From Octopus vulgaris (Eukaryota): a stretch of DNA of 64,000 nt. Each line of letters starts with the position of its first letter. Position 1 is the first letter of the stretch. The stretch is taken from the NCBI GenBank assembly GCA_951406725.2, contig OX597825.1, positions 21,638,001 to 21,702,000 on the forward strand, written 5' to 3'. The position numbers and the translations under genes were made by a program. This document shows positions 1 through 14,853 of this stretch, in pieces. Below the pieces are notes generated by a model, which worked only from the letters and a program-made list of their open reading frames with translations, was not told the DNA's origin and ran no database searches.

Positions 1-136
1 ACACACACACTTTGTTCGCGGAAAGCGCTAATAATCCGAATGATATGATCTGAATGATATGATATATATATGTAAAAATATGTAATATATAAATAAATAT
101 CTATAAATATGAACCATCCGATCTGATTACCTCATT

Positions 137-204
<68 letters not shown>

Positions 205-399
205 CATATCTATGTATATATGTATTCTTTTATGCTTTTATTTGCTTCAGTCATTTAACTCCGACCATGCCGAGCACCGCTTTTTGTCACTTATTCTTTG
301 TATGCCTAGTACTTACTCTATCTGTGTCTTTTGCCGAAACACTAAGCTACTCACCACACAACCATTCCTGCGCCTATATATATATATATATAACGGGCA

Positions 400-1485
400 T
401 TGACATTAGAGCTAAAAGAAAGAAAAATGCTGTTAGACTCTTCTGCATCGAAATCGACTGGGAATTCCGAAACATCGCAGAATATTTGGTAAATAGCAAA
501 CAAGACCTGCTTCAGTATTCTGTTAAGGCAGGATTTAACAAAAATCTTGAGAGAGCTCATGAATTCGGATCAAGAATAGGCAACGAGAGAGAGAAGAAAC
601 CCTACTCCGCCTGGAATTACATGGTCAGTTCCACAGTGAAACCAACAAATTAAAAGAGCCGGAAGCATCAAAGAGGTGGCTTAACAAGGGTGACTTAAAA
701 ACGAATACTGAAAACCTAATCATCGCTGCCCAGTACCAGGCATAAAATACTAACTCAGGGTAGAAGAATATATAAGACACAAGTGCAACAGACCTGTGCA
801 GAATGTGTAGGAAGAGGGTCGAAAACGTGACTCATATTGTTAGTGCTCGTGAAAGTCTTGCGTGGAAAGAGTACAAGCGTAGACACCACAAGGTTGCCCC
901 AAATCTCCACTGGCTACTGTGCCGTAAGTATGGATATTAATTTACCGACATACACCGGAAAAGTTAATGGACGAAAAGGGTGAAGCAAAAATTCTCTGGG
1001 ACTTCGACTTTCAGACAGACTAGGTATTAGAGCACCAAAGGCCGGATATAGGATCTTTGCGAGGGACAGACGAGAGTGCCTAATAATTGACGTGGCAGTG
1101 CCAGGAGATCAACATATCATCATGAAAGAAAGAGAAAAGGTTGATGAATATGGAGAACTGAGAATTGAGATCGCTATGATATAGCAGCTATAAGAGTCGA
1201 ACATAGAGGTTATATCTGTTGTCATCAGAGCATTGGATTCAATACCACCCAATCTGTAAAAAAACATCTGAAAACTTTAGAAATAGCCTACAATCTAGGT
1301 GTATTGCAAAAGTCGGCATTATTGGAACTGTACGCATATTGCGTAAAGTACTGTCTGTCTGAGGTCCTTGGTGTGACTTGACAAACAGTACAAACCCCCG
1401 GTAGATAGAATATATTCAATCAACAACATTACGATCTTGTATACTATGCGACGTCTATAACAAAAACAACTAGAACAACAACAAA
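400..1485 (+). pseudogene. Decayed 3' fragment of a second R4/Dong-like RLE retrotransposon family
   Basis: Broken frames give LHGQFH, LCRMCRKRVENVTHIVS, EYKRRHHKVA..LHWLLC, ILWDFDFQTD, RPDI, IIDVAVP, LRKVLSV*; 3' UTR matches the copy at ~22920-22995. Confidence 0.85.
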
Positions 1486-1486
1486 A

Positions 1487-1700
1487 ATCCTTTCAACTAA
1501 AGGCACAAGGCCTGAAATTTTGTGAGTGGGGACCAACAATTACATCGACTGCATTGCGTAACTGGCATTTAATTTATCGACCCCGAGAGGATGAAAGAGC
1601 AAATTGGACCCCGGCTGCATTTGAACTCAGAACGTGGAGACACACGTAAAAGCGCTAATCATTTCACCCGGCGTGTTAACGATTATGCCAGCTCACCTCC
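1487..1700 (-). mobile_element. tRNA-derived SINE, family A (Deu/Nin-like central domain)
   Basis: Reverse complement matches family A consensus ggcggcgagctggcagaa...gagttcaaat...ctttcatcctttcggggtcgataaatt; adjacent (TAA)n. Confidence 0.8.
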
Positions 1701-1701
1701 T

Positions 1702-1839
<138 letters not shown>

Positions 1840-2011
1840 GATTAGCGCCAGCCTTGACAGCGGCTGGACGTGTTCCTCACTGCTCTGACAGTTCGGTGGC
1901 CGAAAGCCATAGAAACACTAATATGGGCCAGTTTAGCAACGGGGGAAAATAACTCTCAAATACTGGAACATCTACAAGACCTCGTGAGTATTTGAAATTC
2001 TCTTCAAAGTG

Positions 2012-2929
2012 GGTTAAGAAATTTACAAATTTACATATCTGCAGCTTTCAAACATACATCCGATCGGCTTTAAAAACTTTAATACCCACAACTGCCTCTG
2101 TAAGCACCCTTTTTTTCTTCTCTCTAAAAACATCACGCTTTTCTTTTTTGTGGACTTGCAAAACCCTAAAACTTTCTATGAAAATCTGACTTTTCTTTGC
2201 TTCCTCCCAGAATATTCAAATATAAATGTAAACATATACTTTTTATTGCAAAAACACACCTGTTCTTCTAACTGGACATACAAACATCTCTAGAGGGGTC
2301 AACTTCAACCTCCACAATATTACCTTGCACGAAATATACAAACACTTTTTATTGCAATAACACAAACGCACATGGAAAAAATAATGATGCTAAGATTCTC
2401 TCTGGTCGAACACAGCTTCTCTATTCACAAATAATACAGAACAGCCCTTCAAAATAAGTTAAGAAAATTTACAAATTTACATATCTACAGTTTTCAATCA
2501 TACATTCGACCAGCTTTAAAAAACTTTGATACCCACAATTGCCTCTGTAAACATGCTTTTTTTTTTTCTTCTCTCTAAAAACATCACGCTTTTCTTTTTG
2601 TGGACTTACAAAACCCTAAAACTTTCTATGAAAATCTGACTTTTCTTTGCTTCCTCCCTGAATATTCAAATATAAATGTAAACATATACTTTTTATTGTA
2701 AAAACACATATACTTTTTATTGTAAAAACACACCTGTTCTTCTAACTGGACATACAAACATCTCTAGAAAAGTCAACTTCAACCTCCACAATATTACCTT
2801 ACACGAAATATACAAACACTTTTTTATTGCAATAACACAAACGCACATGGAAAAAAAAATGAGGATGCTAAGATTCTCTCTGGTCGAACACAACTTCTCT
2901 ATTCACAAACAATACAGAACAGCCCTTCC
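2012..2929. repeat. Tandem duplication of a ~445-470 bp unit
   Basis: 2012-2457 and 2458-2929 align (gttaagaaa..tttacaaatttacatatct through aatacagaacagcccttc); the second unit carries an extra ~27 bp internal duplication near 2680-2730. Confidence 0.9.
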
Positions 2930-3419
2930 TTAATTTTTCTTAAGCCTAATAGTAGTAAACATCTGAACTTTTTTTGACCGATAGGACCCCACCTAAAAAA
3001 AAAAAAATATCACTGATGATGGTGATGATGATAATAATGATAGTAATAGTGCTGATAATCTATCTATCTATCTACACACACACACACACACACTCAAAGA
3101 GTTCAACCAACACAAACCTCACCTCGGCGCTATTGTTAACCAAATATGAAAGTATTATTTGACAGGCAAGAACTCTGGCTATGAAGACAGTCAGCCAGCC
3201 AACCACCAAGCCAGCCAACGAGACAGACAGACACTACTGTGATGGTGATAATGATAAAAAAAAAAAAATAACAATAATAAGATACTGCTGTGACTACACA
3301 TAAAACAATATCATTGATGATGATGGTGGTGATGGTGATGGTGATGATGATAATGATGATGGTAATGGTGGTGATAATGATGATAGTGATGGTAATGGTG
3401 ATGATAATAACAATAATAA

Positions 3420-6400
3420 GCTGACTACGGCTGCTATAATGGTACGATTATAATTGTAACGGCAATGATGGCCGTCTCCCCACGAGCCAATCAAAGCTAA
3501 AAAATGATAACATTATCGTAGCACCAAAATATTTTTGGAAACTAAAAGGAAAACTAAATCAGTATACCAAATCGCTTGTCCTATGTTTAATCTGGAAGCG
3601 CGTCCCCCAGGGAAGAGCCAGCCTGGGATCGAAAAGTCATCAACTGGCACAAACTCTTCTCCGAATACGGACATGGATGGTCACTTGAACGGGAAATCCC
3701 CCAACTCGAGCCCTCCAAGTTCACCACCACAACCACCACAGAAAGAAAAATGTAAGCGGAACAAATGGACCCGAGAAGAGTATAAAGAAGTAATATACGC
3801 TTATTACTATGCATTAGGTAGGCCATCTCAAGAGAAACACACCGCAAACTCTTACAGTATATGGAGAACACGGAATCAAGACAGTAGGCCCTATTTGGAC
3901 GAGAACAAATTAGCAAATGTGAGGAGGGATATCTTTAGAAATAACAGACTCACAGACAGTGAAATAAGCGCGATCAAGCACGCAACGGAAAATGACATAA
4001 ATATAAGACACAAAGGAAATGAAGAATCAGATGAACAGTATAGCCCGCCACGAGGCTTAATTAAAACACTGCCATCTGACCAAAGTACGCAAAGGCCTGA
4101 AGATACAAGAAATTCTATTGTACCTGTGAAAGATAGCCAGGAAAACGAAACAACAACAGTAACTGAAGATCTCGCATTTGCTGAAGAACACAGAGAGTCT
4201 ATGGCAGAAATGAGGCAGAAAATCCTGAATACGCTTGAAGTTGTAAGACATACAAGTATGAATGATAGAGAACCACTTCATAAACTCTCAAATACAAGCC
4301 AAAATAAAAAACAAATCCAAATTGGCAACTATGTAACAAATGAAATAATACGAGAATTAAAACCTGATTTTACTGAGTTAAATGAAATTATTTACGCTTC
4401 TGCTAGGGCAATTGAAACCAGCTGTATGCCCCCGAAAAAACAAAGAAAACAAAACCTGGGAAGAAATCAAACCTGGAGAAGTAAAATTGAAAAAGAGATT
4501 GAATTTATGAGAGGGGAAATATCAATATTAAATGAACTAATATGTGGAAATGATGTAAGATCCAGAACAGGAAGAAAGATGAAGAGAAAATTTGGATCCT
4601 CACCAAGAGAAGAACTGATATCAATAAAAGAAACGCTGAAACAAAAAGTCCAAGCAAAAGCTCAAAGAATACGAAGATTTGAGAAGAGAAACAAGTTTTA
4701 CAAGCAAAATAAGCTGCTCACATCCAATGCCAAAAAATTCTACAGAGAAATAAGGAAGGGGAAAGTAACCGTTAAAGACCCCCTCCCATGGAAGAAGTTC
4801 AAAACTTTTGGAAAAGGATTTGGAGTGACAAGAAGACGTACAACATAAATGCAGAGTGGATTATACAAACTGAAGGATCCTACCAAAATTTACAACAAGC
4901 ATGGGAAGACATCACAATAGCAGACCTAAGAAAGGCACTCACGAAGGCCCATAATTGGAAATCCCCGGTAAAGATAGGGTGCCGAATTTCTGGCTCGCAT
5001 CGCTCCCATGCGCACACGGTAAGCTAGTTCAGCTGCTCAATGGAATTATGAGAGACCCAAAGAAAACACCTGAATGGTTAGCAAGTGGCATTACTTACCT
5101 GCTCCCAAAGAATAACGAAACCAACCTTCCAAAAAACTATCGGCCTATAACCTGTCTATCCACCACGTATAAAATCCTAACATCTATCCTGGCGGAGAAA
5201 ACATATGCATTCATGGAGAAGAACGATATTTTCCCCATTGAACAAAAAGGGTGCCGCCGAGGCTCTTACGGATGCAAAGATCAACTGCTAATCAATCGTA
5301 TGATCCTTGAGAACTGTCACAACAAGCGCAGAAATCTCAGCACCGCATGGATTGACTATAAAAAGGCCTTCGACAGTATACCGCATCCATGGATCTTGAG
5401 ATCGCTGGACATCTTCAAAATTTCCCCTGTGATTTCAAACTTCCTGAAGCACAATATGTCGTTGTGGAATACGAATCTCCAATTATACCACTCTAATGGA
5501 GTACTTGCCTCAGAAAATATAAACATCAACTGTGGAATTTTTCAAGGTGACTCACTTTCACCTTTAATATTCTGCATAGCCCTAATACCCCTTACAAGTG
5601 AACTAAACAGAACAGGGTATGGGTATAAAATTGCCAATAAAAAAATAAGCCATCTATTTTATATGGATGACTTAAAACTTTATGGTAAAGACAATAATGA
5701 ACTTGAAGGCCTATTGCGCACCGTGAAAGCATTCAGCGATGACATCGGGATGGAGTTTGGACTTGAGAAGTGTGCCAAGGCCACTTTCCAGAAAGGGAAA
5801 GTGAAGACCACAAATTCAGTCGTGTTAGATGTTGTCACAGTCATAAGAGAGCTTGAGCAAGAACAAACATACAAATATTTAGGGATAAATGAAGGCTCTG
5901 GTATTCAGCATGCAAGCATGAAAGAGAAGATCAGGAAGGAATGTTATAGGAGAGTTCGAGCAGTCCTGAAATCTGAACTAAATGCACGTAACAAGGTGTT
6001 AGCTATAAATTCCTTAGCAGTTCCAGTTGTTACTTATAGCTACAATGTGTTGAACTGGAATATGAGTGAAGTAAAAATATAGATAGGAAAATACGCAAGC
6101 TGCTGAGTTGTAATAGGATGCACCACCCAAAGGCAGACGTAGATCGCCTTTACCTTCCCAGAGCCCAAGGAGGTCGAGGCCTGATCCAATTTGAACTAGC
6201 TTACAAAACAACCACAATTGGACTGGCCAAATATCTCGAAATATCGAATGACTGGATGCTAAAGCTCGTGGAAAATCACGAGAGACGAAAGAAGCTTCAT
6301 TCTATCATAAAGGAAAGCAAAAAATTTGCTAGTGATCTCGTGCAGGATACCCAAACTGAACAACCCGAGGGAAGTACGGCAACTATTGTTGCAAAGAAGG

Positions 6401-7380
6401 TGAAAATGATGGCAATGAAAAAAGCGCACAAGCAATTGGCTGATAGGTGGGAGGAGAAACTTTTGCACGGCAAATATGTGACCCGCAGCAAACAAGCTGA
6501 TGTTGACCAGAAGCAAACCCATCAGTGGCTACGGAGCTCAGGGCTAAAAGCAGAGAGCGAAGGTTTCATCCTGGCTGCTCAAGATCAAAGCCTATTAACC
6601 CGGAACTACCAGGCCAATGTGATGAAAAATGGAGCAGACCCAAAATGCCGATTCTGCAACGACATGATTGAAACAGTGGACCACCTAATCTCTGGATGTA
6701 AAGTCTTAGCACCAGTGGAGTATAAATTAAGACATGACAGAGTTGGCCAATATATACACTGGCTAATAAGTCGGCATTACAATATTAAAACTGCCGACAA
6801 GTGGTATAATCACCACCCTGAGGCTGTAACTGAAGGAGAAAATGTAACCATTCTGTGGGACTTTCCAGTACATACAGACCGATTCATCAAGGCCAATAAA
6901 CCAGATATTGTTGTGAAAGACCAAAACAATAAAGTTTGCTTATTGATCGACATGAGCATCCCCTGTGATCATAATATCTCAGCGAAAGAGTTTGACAAGC
7001 TCAGAAAATATAAAGACCTACTCATTGAAATTGAGAAAATGTGGCATCTCAAGGCGGTTACAATACCAGTGATCGTAGGAGCACTAGGAATGATCAAGAA
7101 GGGAACCGAAAATTATATGAGAATGATCCCTGGCTTACCATCCCTGCAAGAAGTGCAAAAGATTGTCTTAACTGGTACATCACACGTATTGAGAAGAGCA
7201 TTGTCGATGTGAGAACTGTTGCTGCTCATGTATTTTAATTTAACTTAAAAAAAAAAAATGAACGAACTATTGAGTTTGGTTTAATGGCCTACCAATGTAT
7301 ACTATGAGTTTCTTTGCCCTAGGAGTCGGGAAGACACACCGCAAGAAATGGAAGCAAATTTGAAAGAAGAAAAAAAAAGT
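3420..7380 (+). mobile_element. Near full-length non-LTR retrotransposon, restriction-like endonuclease (RLE) type, R4/Dong-like clade
   Basis: RT motifs (NYRPITCL, WIDYKKAFDS, GIFQGDSLSP, HLFYMDDLKLY, YKYLG), CCHC knuckle (CRFC..ETVDHLISGC), RHD and KPD..LID..E..K..KY RLE motifs; short 3' UTR ending in A-run; flanked by TAA/TGA-type triplet repeats on both sides. 5' boundary approximate. Confidence 0.93.
3583..7212 (+). CDS. Single RT-RLE polyprotein (~1210 aa if three frameshifts are repaired)
   Basis: ORF pieces 3535-4848, 4788-5027, 4955-6082 and 6118-7212 join into one frame by adding one base in the C-run 4779-4783 (DPPPMEEV), the C-run 4963-4966 (WKSPGKD) and the A-run 6073-6077 (EVKNIDRKIRK). 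First in-frame ATG is at 3583. Confidence 0.85.
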
Positions 7381-7605
7381 AATAATAATAATAATAAAAA
7401 TAATGTTGATGATGATGATGATAATGATAATGATGATGATAATAAAGATAATGTTCTATATATAAACATACAAGATAATGATCTATATATAAACATACAT
7501 ATATACATATATTTAATTTGGGTGGGTAGGCATAGACATTATCTGAAATGATTTTCTTGTCAACTATGTTCATGCTATCTTGTATACCTATAAACATTTG
7601 TCTCA

Positions 7606-7695
<90 letters not shown>

Positions 7696-7966
7696 TTATC
7701 TAACCAGCTATCTGCCTATCTTGCGGAATGCGTGCGTATGTGTGTGTAGTTGTGTGTAACCTCGTACAATATGATAACCCTTATTGCAAAGTATGGGGTT
7801 TCAATAAAGAATATGCATTACTCCCCTATCTGTTTACATTTACTCTGATTCTAAAAAAACTCATATTGACCTATATTATATGTCTGACTGATAATTGTAG
7901 TATTGTTTCTGCCACACTTCCCTTGAAGATGTCAGTGCAATTGACCTTGTAAAAAGATACATTAAC

Positions 7967-8029
<63 letters not shown>

Positions 8030-8149
8030 TCAGTTGGAGGTGTAGGAGGAGGGGTTGGAGCAGCAGTTGTATTGGTACAAGTGGTAATGCAGCTAATATC
8101 AGCTAAAGTTTCGTTAGTTTTTTTTGTTGACGCTACATTATTCAATTCT

Positions 8150-8368
8150 ACTCTAGGCATCAGGCCCGAAATTTTGGGGGAGAGGACCAGTCAATTTGAT
8201 TGAACCCAGTACGCAACTGGTACTTAATTTATCGATCCTGAAAGGATGAAAGGCAAACTCGACCTTGGCGGAATTTGAACTCAGAACGTAACGGCAGACG
8301 AAATACCGCTAAGCATTTCTTATTTCTTTATTGCCCACAAGGAGCTAAACATAGAGGGAACAAACAAG
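8150..8368 (-). mobile_element. SINE family A (partial) plus 3' fragment of another copy
   Basis: gaaaggatgaaaggcaaactcgaccttggcggaatttgaactcagaacg is the reverse complement of the family A core. Confidence 0.8.
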
Positions 8369-8609
8369 TTATGTTTGTAGTATTAATTAATAGTGTTAAT
8401 CATGATAAAGAGCTAATCGGCTAAATGCAATTTATTTATTAACTAGTATGTGGTTAAGTCCTTCCACCTGTTGTCCGAAGTGAGATAGGCTAAGGTTCAA
8501 CGATCGATGTAACTGGTCAGTTGAAACTTAAAAACAAAAGACCACCAATTGAGAGGGTTATACGGGGTTTGATAAAAAAAAAATGAATATATATATATAT
8601 GCATATAGT

Positions 8610-8870
8610 ACGTCATGTGATCGCTTGATCAACCAGGTTATTAAGTGTCGCTACGCATCACTGGTCACAATGCGCTTTGCGTCGTCGTAGCCTTTGAATG
8701 ATCCCACGCCACTGGCTAGGGGATCATGCCAACACTCCCCCCCCCTTGATCGAAAGGAAGGACTGCAGCAACGGGAAATGAAGTGTTTGGCTCAAGAACA
8801 CAGCGCGCCGCCCGGTTTGGAAATCGAACCCGTGATCTAGCAATCGTGAGTGCAACGGCCTAATCACTAT
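8610..8870 (-). mobile_element. tRNA-derived SINE, family C
   Basis: Reverse complement has A-box tagtgattagg, B-box ggttcgatttcc and core tgtgttcttgagccaaacac; 3' part recurs at 38602-38710 and 54684-54787. Confidence 0.7.
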
Positions 8871-9428
8871 GCTTGTATGTATGTATGTACGTTTAAGGTG
8901 GGGTGCGATGAATATACTTAAAGTGAATCTAGAAAAATGCCAGCTTTTCACGATATTCGTGTTAACAGTCTGCGAGTAATTAACAAGTCTAAAATTAATT
9001 TATTGATTGGCATCATACATCTTTCATATAGCAAGATCATATTATAGGGAAAATTGTATAGTGTGTAAAACAATGGAGTTGATAGTTAACCCTGACTGGT
9101 TTGGTGCTAGGCGGGGTCATTGGAACGTCAATAGAACAATTTTGTGAAATGATTTCAACAGACTACCAAGCGTTGTAGCACGAAATTAATTTTTGGTGTT
9201 TTAAATACATATATTCAGACACACAACCTTACACATACACACACACACACACACACATATTTAAATATGCATATATGAGATGGGATGACATGGTGGTGGT
9301 GTAAGCAAAATATATGTGTACTACGGTTTGAATATATGAATAATCAGATGCATATGTATCTATCGATCTATCTATCTTATATGCATTATACCATATATTA
9401 TGTAAATGTATGTACATATACGTGCGTG

Positions 9429-9533
<105 letters not shown>

Positions 9534-9589
9534 AGCGTATATATATATATATACAAGCGTACACACACATACATATGTGTGTGTGTGTT

Positions 9590-9780
9590 GATTTAAAATT
9601 TTGGTACAAGGCTAACAAGTGCGGGTGAGGGGATAAGTCGATTATATCGACCCCAGTGGTTGATTGGTACTTACTTATCGACTCCGAAAGGATGAAAGGC
9701 AAGGTCTACCTCGGTGGCATTCGCACTCAGAGCGTATAGACGGAAAAATGCTGCTAACGATTGTGCCAGCTCGCCCCGCC
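9590..9780 (-). mobile_element. SINE family A
   Basis: Matches family A core and head (gccagctcgccccgcc). Confidence 0.8.
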
Positions 9781-12134
9781 ATCCACACACACACACACAC
9801 ACATGTGTGTGTGTGTCTATGTATGCATATTTATATATATATATATATGTATATATATGTATGTATATATATATATGTATAACATATATATATAAATATA
9901 TATATATATATTATATATGTGTATATATATCTATGTATGTGTATATATATACATATATATGCACATATATATATATATATATTTATAATTTGTGTGTATA
10001 TATATATATGCATGTCTGTATATATCTATCAATCTCTCCACACATACACACGCACTCACACACATATTTGAATAGTACAGATTCATATAATCCGATACCT
10101 GGAAATACAAGAGTATATAACTTGTGGTGAAGAAAGAATATTTTTAACGCAAGTTTATGTAGAATTTCACACTTAACATTATAATCCCAGCATTTTGCCA
10201 ATAATCAAGCATGCATTAATAATGTAATATTGTCAAAAATCTTACTACCAGGATCCAGCCAATAGCTAAACACAGATATATAAATGTATCTCTTAAAACA
10301 TGTGTTCACTCAATGAAAGAGACTTGGAGAACTCAGTGATGTATGCAGCTCCTGTCGTGTTTCAACTAAAACGACATTGATTATGTAGGACCGTTCGCTG
10401 CATAAGTTAATATGTGACTACCAACGAAATTATCTAATACAAAACAGAGCAAGAGATATCTCTCAGAGAAAGATGTGGAACTATGTATATATATTGCTCA
10501 TGTTGTGTGCACAGCCATAATTTTAAATCATATATATATATATATATATATATATTAATTAGGCAATAGATAACACACATACGCAAAGGATATGTCATAC
10601 CAATTCGTAGGAAGCCTGTGATTTATAGGCGCGATAGAACATTTTCTCGTGAACACTACTGATGTTAACACATGGAATTCATAGACAAGTGAACCCGGGA
10701 CCATGTGGTTGGTAGACAAGCTACTTACTACACAGCCACGCAGTCAACATTTTATTAATAACATTTTTACAGATGGAAAAGAAAGAAAAAGTATTAAAAG
10801 TTTAAAAGATTATATTATGGAGGAAAAACCAACCTCATAACTACCTCACCAAGAAGACAAAGGAGGATTAAGCAGCAGGAGACGTGGCGGGTGAGTAACG
10901 AGTTGTCGACTCCGAGAAAAATAGCGTGTTTAGTAGCACCTCGTGGACATGACTGCAAAGGCGTTGCGGCGGAGAAATGCCAGCGACAGTCATTGTAACA
11001 GACTTGCCACTTCGTTGGGATCATTTCTCAGATAAGCTGCAGTTATCCCGATTTTGAGTGGGAGATCTGTAGTGCGGGGTCCGAGAACAGCTCATGTCTC
11101 GACGAAGACCGGCACAAACTGATATTGTATTCAGGATAATTTGCACCATCTCTGAATTGACTCTTTGGTATCTGCTGAAGATTTGATTTTACACAAAACT
11201 GGTCACCGTAGCCATTAAATAAACCAGTGTTAAACTTCTGATCAGCAATGAACGGCTTGTTTATGTCAATGTCTGCCGGAGGAATCCACTGCTTTAGAAA
11301 CCAAATTCCCGACTCAAGTTAGGTCAGGTTCCTAGAATGTTACCTAGTGAGAATAGACGTCATTTTTCAGGCGTGTATTGGAAAGCAAGGTTGGGAGTGT
11401 TGATAACTGACAACTTTATTTTCTTTGGAATCCAGAAGAGACAAATATCACTACGCTAAGTACGCTAAGAAACTATGACTGCATTTAAGAGAAGACCTGG
11501 AACGAAATCAACAGACGTTATTGTTGAAAATATTCAAAAGTGAGTCCAAAGTTTGAAGGGAAAGTGAGACGAATAAAAGTAAGGCAAATTTTAAGCCTTT
11601 AATAAGACAAAACGGTAACCTGGTTTCCAATCCCGTCTGGAGCTATACCAGTTAAATTATTTCTCACAGAACATTGAAACAGTACACAATGCAGAGTGCA
11701 TTCCAAAATTATCTTTTCGGTACGTGTGAAAGATTGATTTCCTCTCATGGTGAGTGTGTTTGCAAAAAGACTTCGTTGGTGTGATTATAGATTATGGACA
11801 CCCCGCTAGCAGTAAACCAGTAAAAGTTAACTATCAACTCTATTGTTTTACTGACTCTCACAAGTTTCTCTATATTATAATCTTGGTATATGAAAGACGT
11901 ATGTTGCCGATCAATAATTTTATTTTAGACTTGCTAATTACCGGCGGATTGTTAACATGAATATTGAGTAAAGTCGACATTTTTCATTTCTACAGAATCT
12001 TGTTTTCTATGAGACACCCACCTGAAATATATACGCTTATATGTATATATCTGTATGTATGTATGTATGTATGTATGTATGTATGTATACATATACATAT
12101 ACATACAGAAATTTATAGACATATGTACACCCAA

Positions 12135-12179
<45 letters not shown>

Positions 12180-12374
12180 TATAATAAAGAAATCAAGAGA
12201 TTTTACGATTCCAGTATTTGTGGCGGGCAGACGTCAAGTAAAATGAGATAACTTTCCATATATCATTTTTGAAAACCGACGTGTATATATATTCAAAACA
12301 TTATGATATATATATATATATATATCATAATGTTTTAAATTAGTTAGGCTTGGAAACAATTTGAGCATTATTTG

Positions 12375-12870
<496 letters not shown>

Positions 12871-13130
12871 AATGTAAAGAATGCACATAATTCCTCATCT
12901 CTTAAATATAGAACTTTATTGGAAACAACTTGCAGAATTTTTGTTGGATATATGTACCAGCCTGGAATAAAGTAATGTATGCACTTCTATTGTTTACGTT
13001 TCCTTATTATGCCCTGTCTATTTATTGTACCAATATCGAATATATAGATTTTTATTATTTCTTTGCTTTGGATTGAACCAGCGGACTTGGATGTTTAACA
13101 TCCCTTTGAAGGATTTTTTAAGTCCTTACT

Positions 13131-13205
13131 CTTTCTTCTTCTTCTTCTTCTTCTTCTTCTTCTTCTTCTTCTTCTTCTTCTTCTTCTTCTTCTGCTTCCT
13201 CTTCT

Positions 13206-13237
<32 letters not shown>

Positions 13238-13285
13238 TTCTTCTTCTTCTTCTTCTCCTTGTTCTTCTGCTTCTTCAATTTCTTC
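13131..13285. repeat. (TTC)n microsatellite followed by (TC)n/(TA)n
   Basis: Direct reading. Confidence 0.95.
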
Positions 13286-13306
13286 CTCTCTCTCTCTCTC
13301 TCTCTC

Positions 13307-13364
<58 letters not shown>

Positions 13365-14469
13365 CAGACGTAATTATGGCGTCGAAGCCAATCATATCTT
13401 CCTGTAATTAATACTATCACTTTGATCTATTGACATTGATATTGTATCGATGTCAAAAGATGTAGTAAAAAAAATTATCTTCTCTGAATAAGTGCAAAGA
13501 AGCATTTTTATTTATAGAATATTATTAGTAGTAATCAAGCGAAGAAAATCAACTGAAACTTAGTACGTAAGATTGATATTGTATACATGGACAGGAGACT
13601 GGGGTTAGCTATCGTAGATTGCAGAAGTACTGAGACAAAGTCTACGGAATCTTTGAACTGAAACAATAATTCTATATAACTCAAGGATGGGTTACATGAA
13701 AAGGATGAAATATTTCTAGGATCTAATTTATTCCAACTACTCGAAATTTAGTGCTAAACAACAGACAAAATCCATTGAGACCATCTTATCCACACGGCAA
13801 ATAGCCGTCCAAGAATTTGGACCTGGAGATCTCCATTTCCAGTGACTTCGAGGGCCACCTCCCAGTGGTGTCGGGCGTCAACGAAGAGCCCTCGACTGCA
13901 ACAAGACGACCAAAGTTTTTTTTTCCAAGGTCCGCGGTCTCCCTCCCCTAAGCCCTAGACCATCACCTAATCACCCTTACCCGTCTTGTTGTTTAACAAC
14001 AACAACAACACGGCAAATAAGAGTCGAACAAGACCAGTGACTTCTCCTGAGAAGACAGTAAACAATACAAACCCACGACTGATGCGATAACAATAAAATT
14101 GTGACGAACATTCTGTAATTACACGAACGATAAGTAACAGATTACGAACTGCGAAAATAAGGAGTGAAGAATACAAGCAACTGAAAGAATAATTAACAGC
14201 GAAAATCAAACAAGAATTCACCACCGACATTAACAAATAATTACATGAGATAACATTTAACATACGAATCAATAGAAATCTAACCGATTTGATGTTAACT
14301 GCGATTATAATACCTAATAATACCTAAAGAACAATAAACAGAGAGTGAAAATCCTTTCTTCTCGTCTTGTCATCCGTATTGCGCCCGCTTCAACATTGAC
14401 ACTCATCGCTTTCTAATTTTGCCCTATCTGTTCTTATTAATGCTGATATTATCTCCCCTGAAATTTCTT

Positions 14470-14853
14470 ATTTCTTTATTGCCCAAAAGGGGCAAAGCAT
14501 AGAGGAGATAAACAAGGACAGACAAAGGGATTAAGTCGATTACATCGACCCCAGTGCGTAACTGATACTTAATTTATCGACCCCGAAAGGATGAAAGGCA
14601 AAGTCGACCTCGGCGGAATTTGAACTCACAACGTAGTGGCAGACGAACTACCTATTTCTTTACTACCCACAAGGTGCTAAACACAGAAGGGACAAACAAG
14701 GACAGACAAACGGATCAAGTCGATTATATCGACCCCAGTGCGTAACTGGTAATTATTTAATCGACCCCGAAAGGATGAAAGGCAAAGTCGACCTCGGCGG
14801 AATTTGAACTCAGAACGTAGCGGCAGACGAAATACAGCTAAGCATTTCTGCCA
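14470..14853 (-). mobile_element. SINE family A, tandem dimer
   Basis: Two consecutive copies of the core (14470-14650, 14653-14853). Confidence 0.85.

Noticed and set aside
1885-1915. ctgacag ttcgg tgg ccgaaag as a hammerhead
   Set aside because: Core does not match N-U-G-A-N-N-A with a 3-8 pair, and there is no helix I or III.
3587-6522. Minus-strand ORFs within the retrotransposon
   Set aside because: Antisense shadows of the RT-RLE frame with no motifs.
10810-11680. Possible RTE LINE 5'/endonuclease remnant (similar weak hint at 43080-43280)
   Set aside because: Only isolated short motif resemblances; cannot be supported without an alignment.
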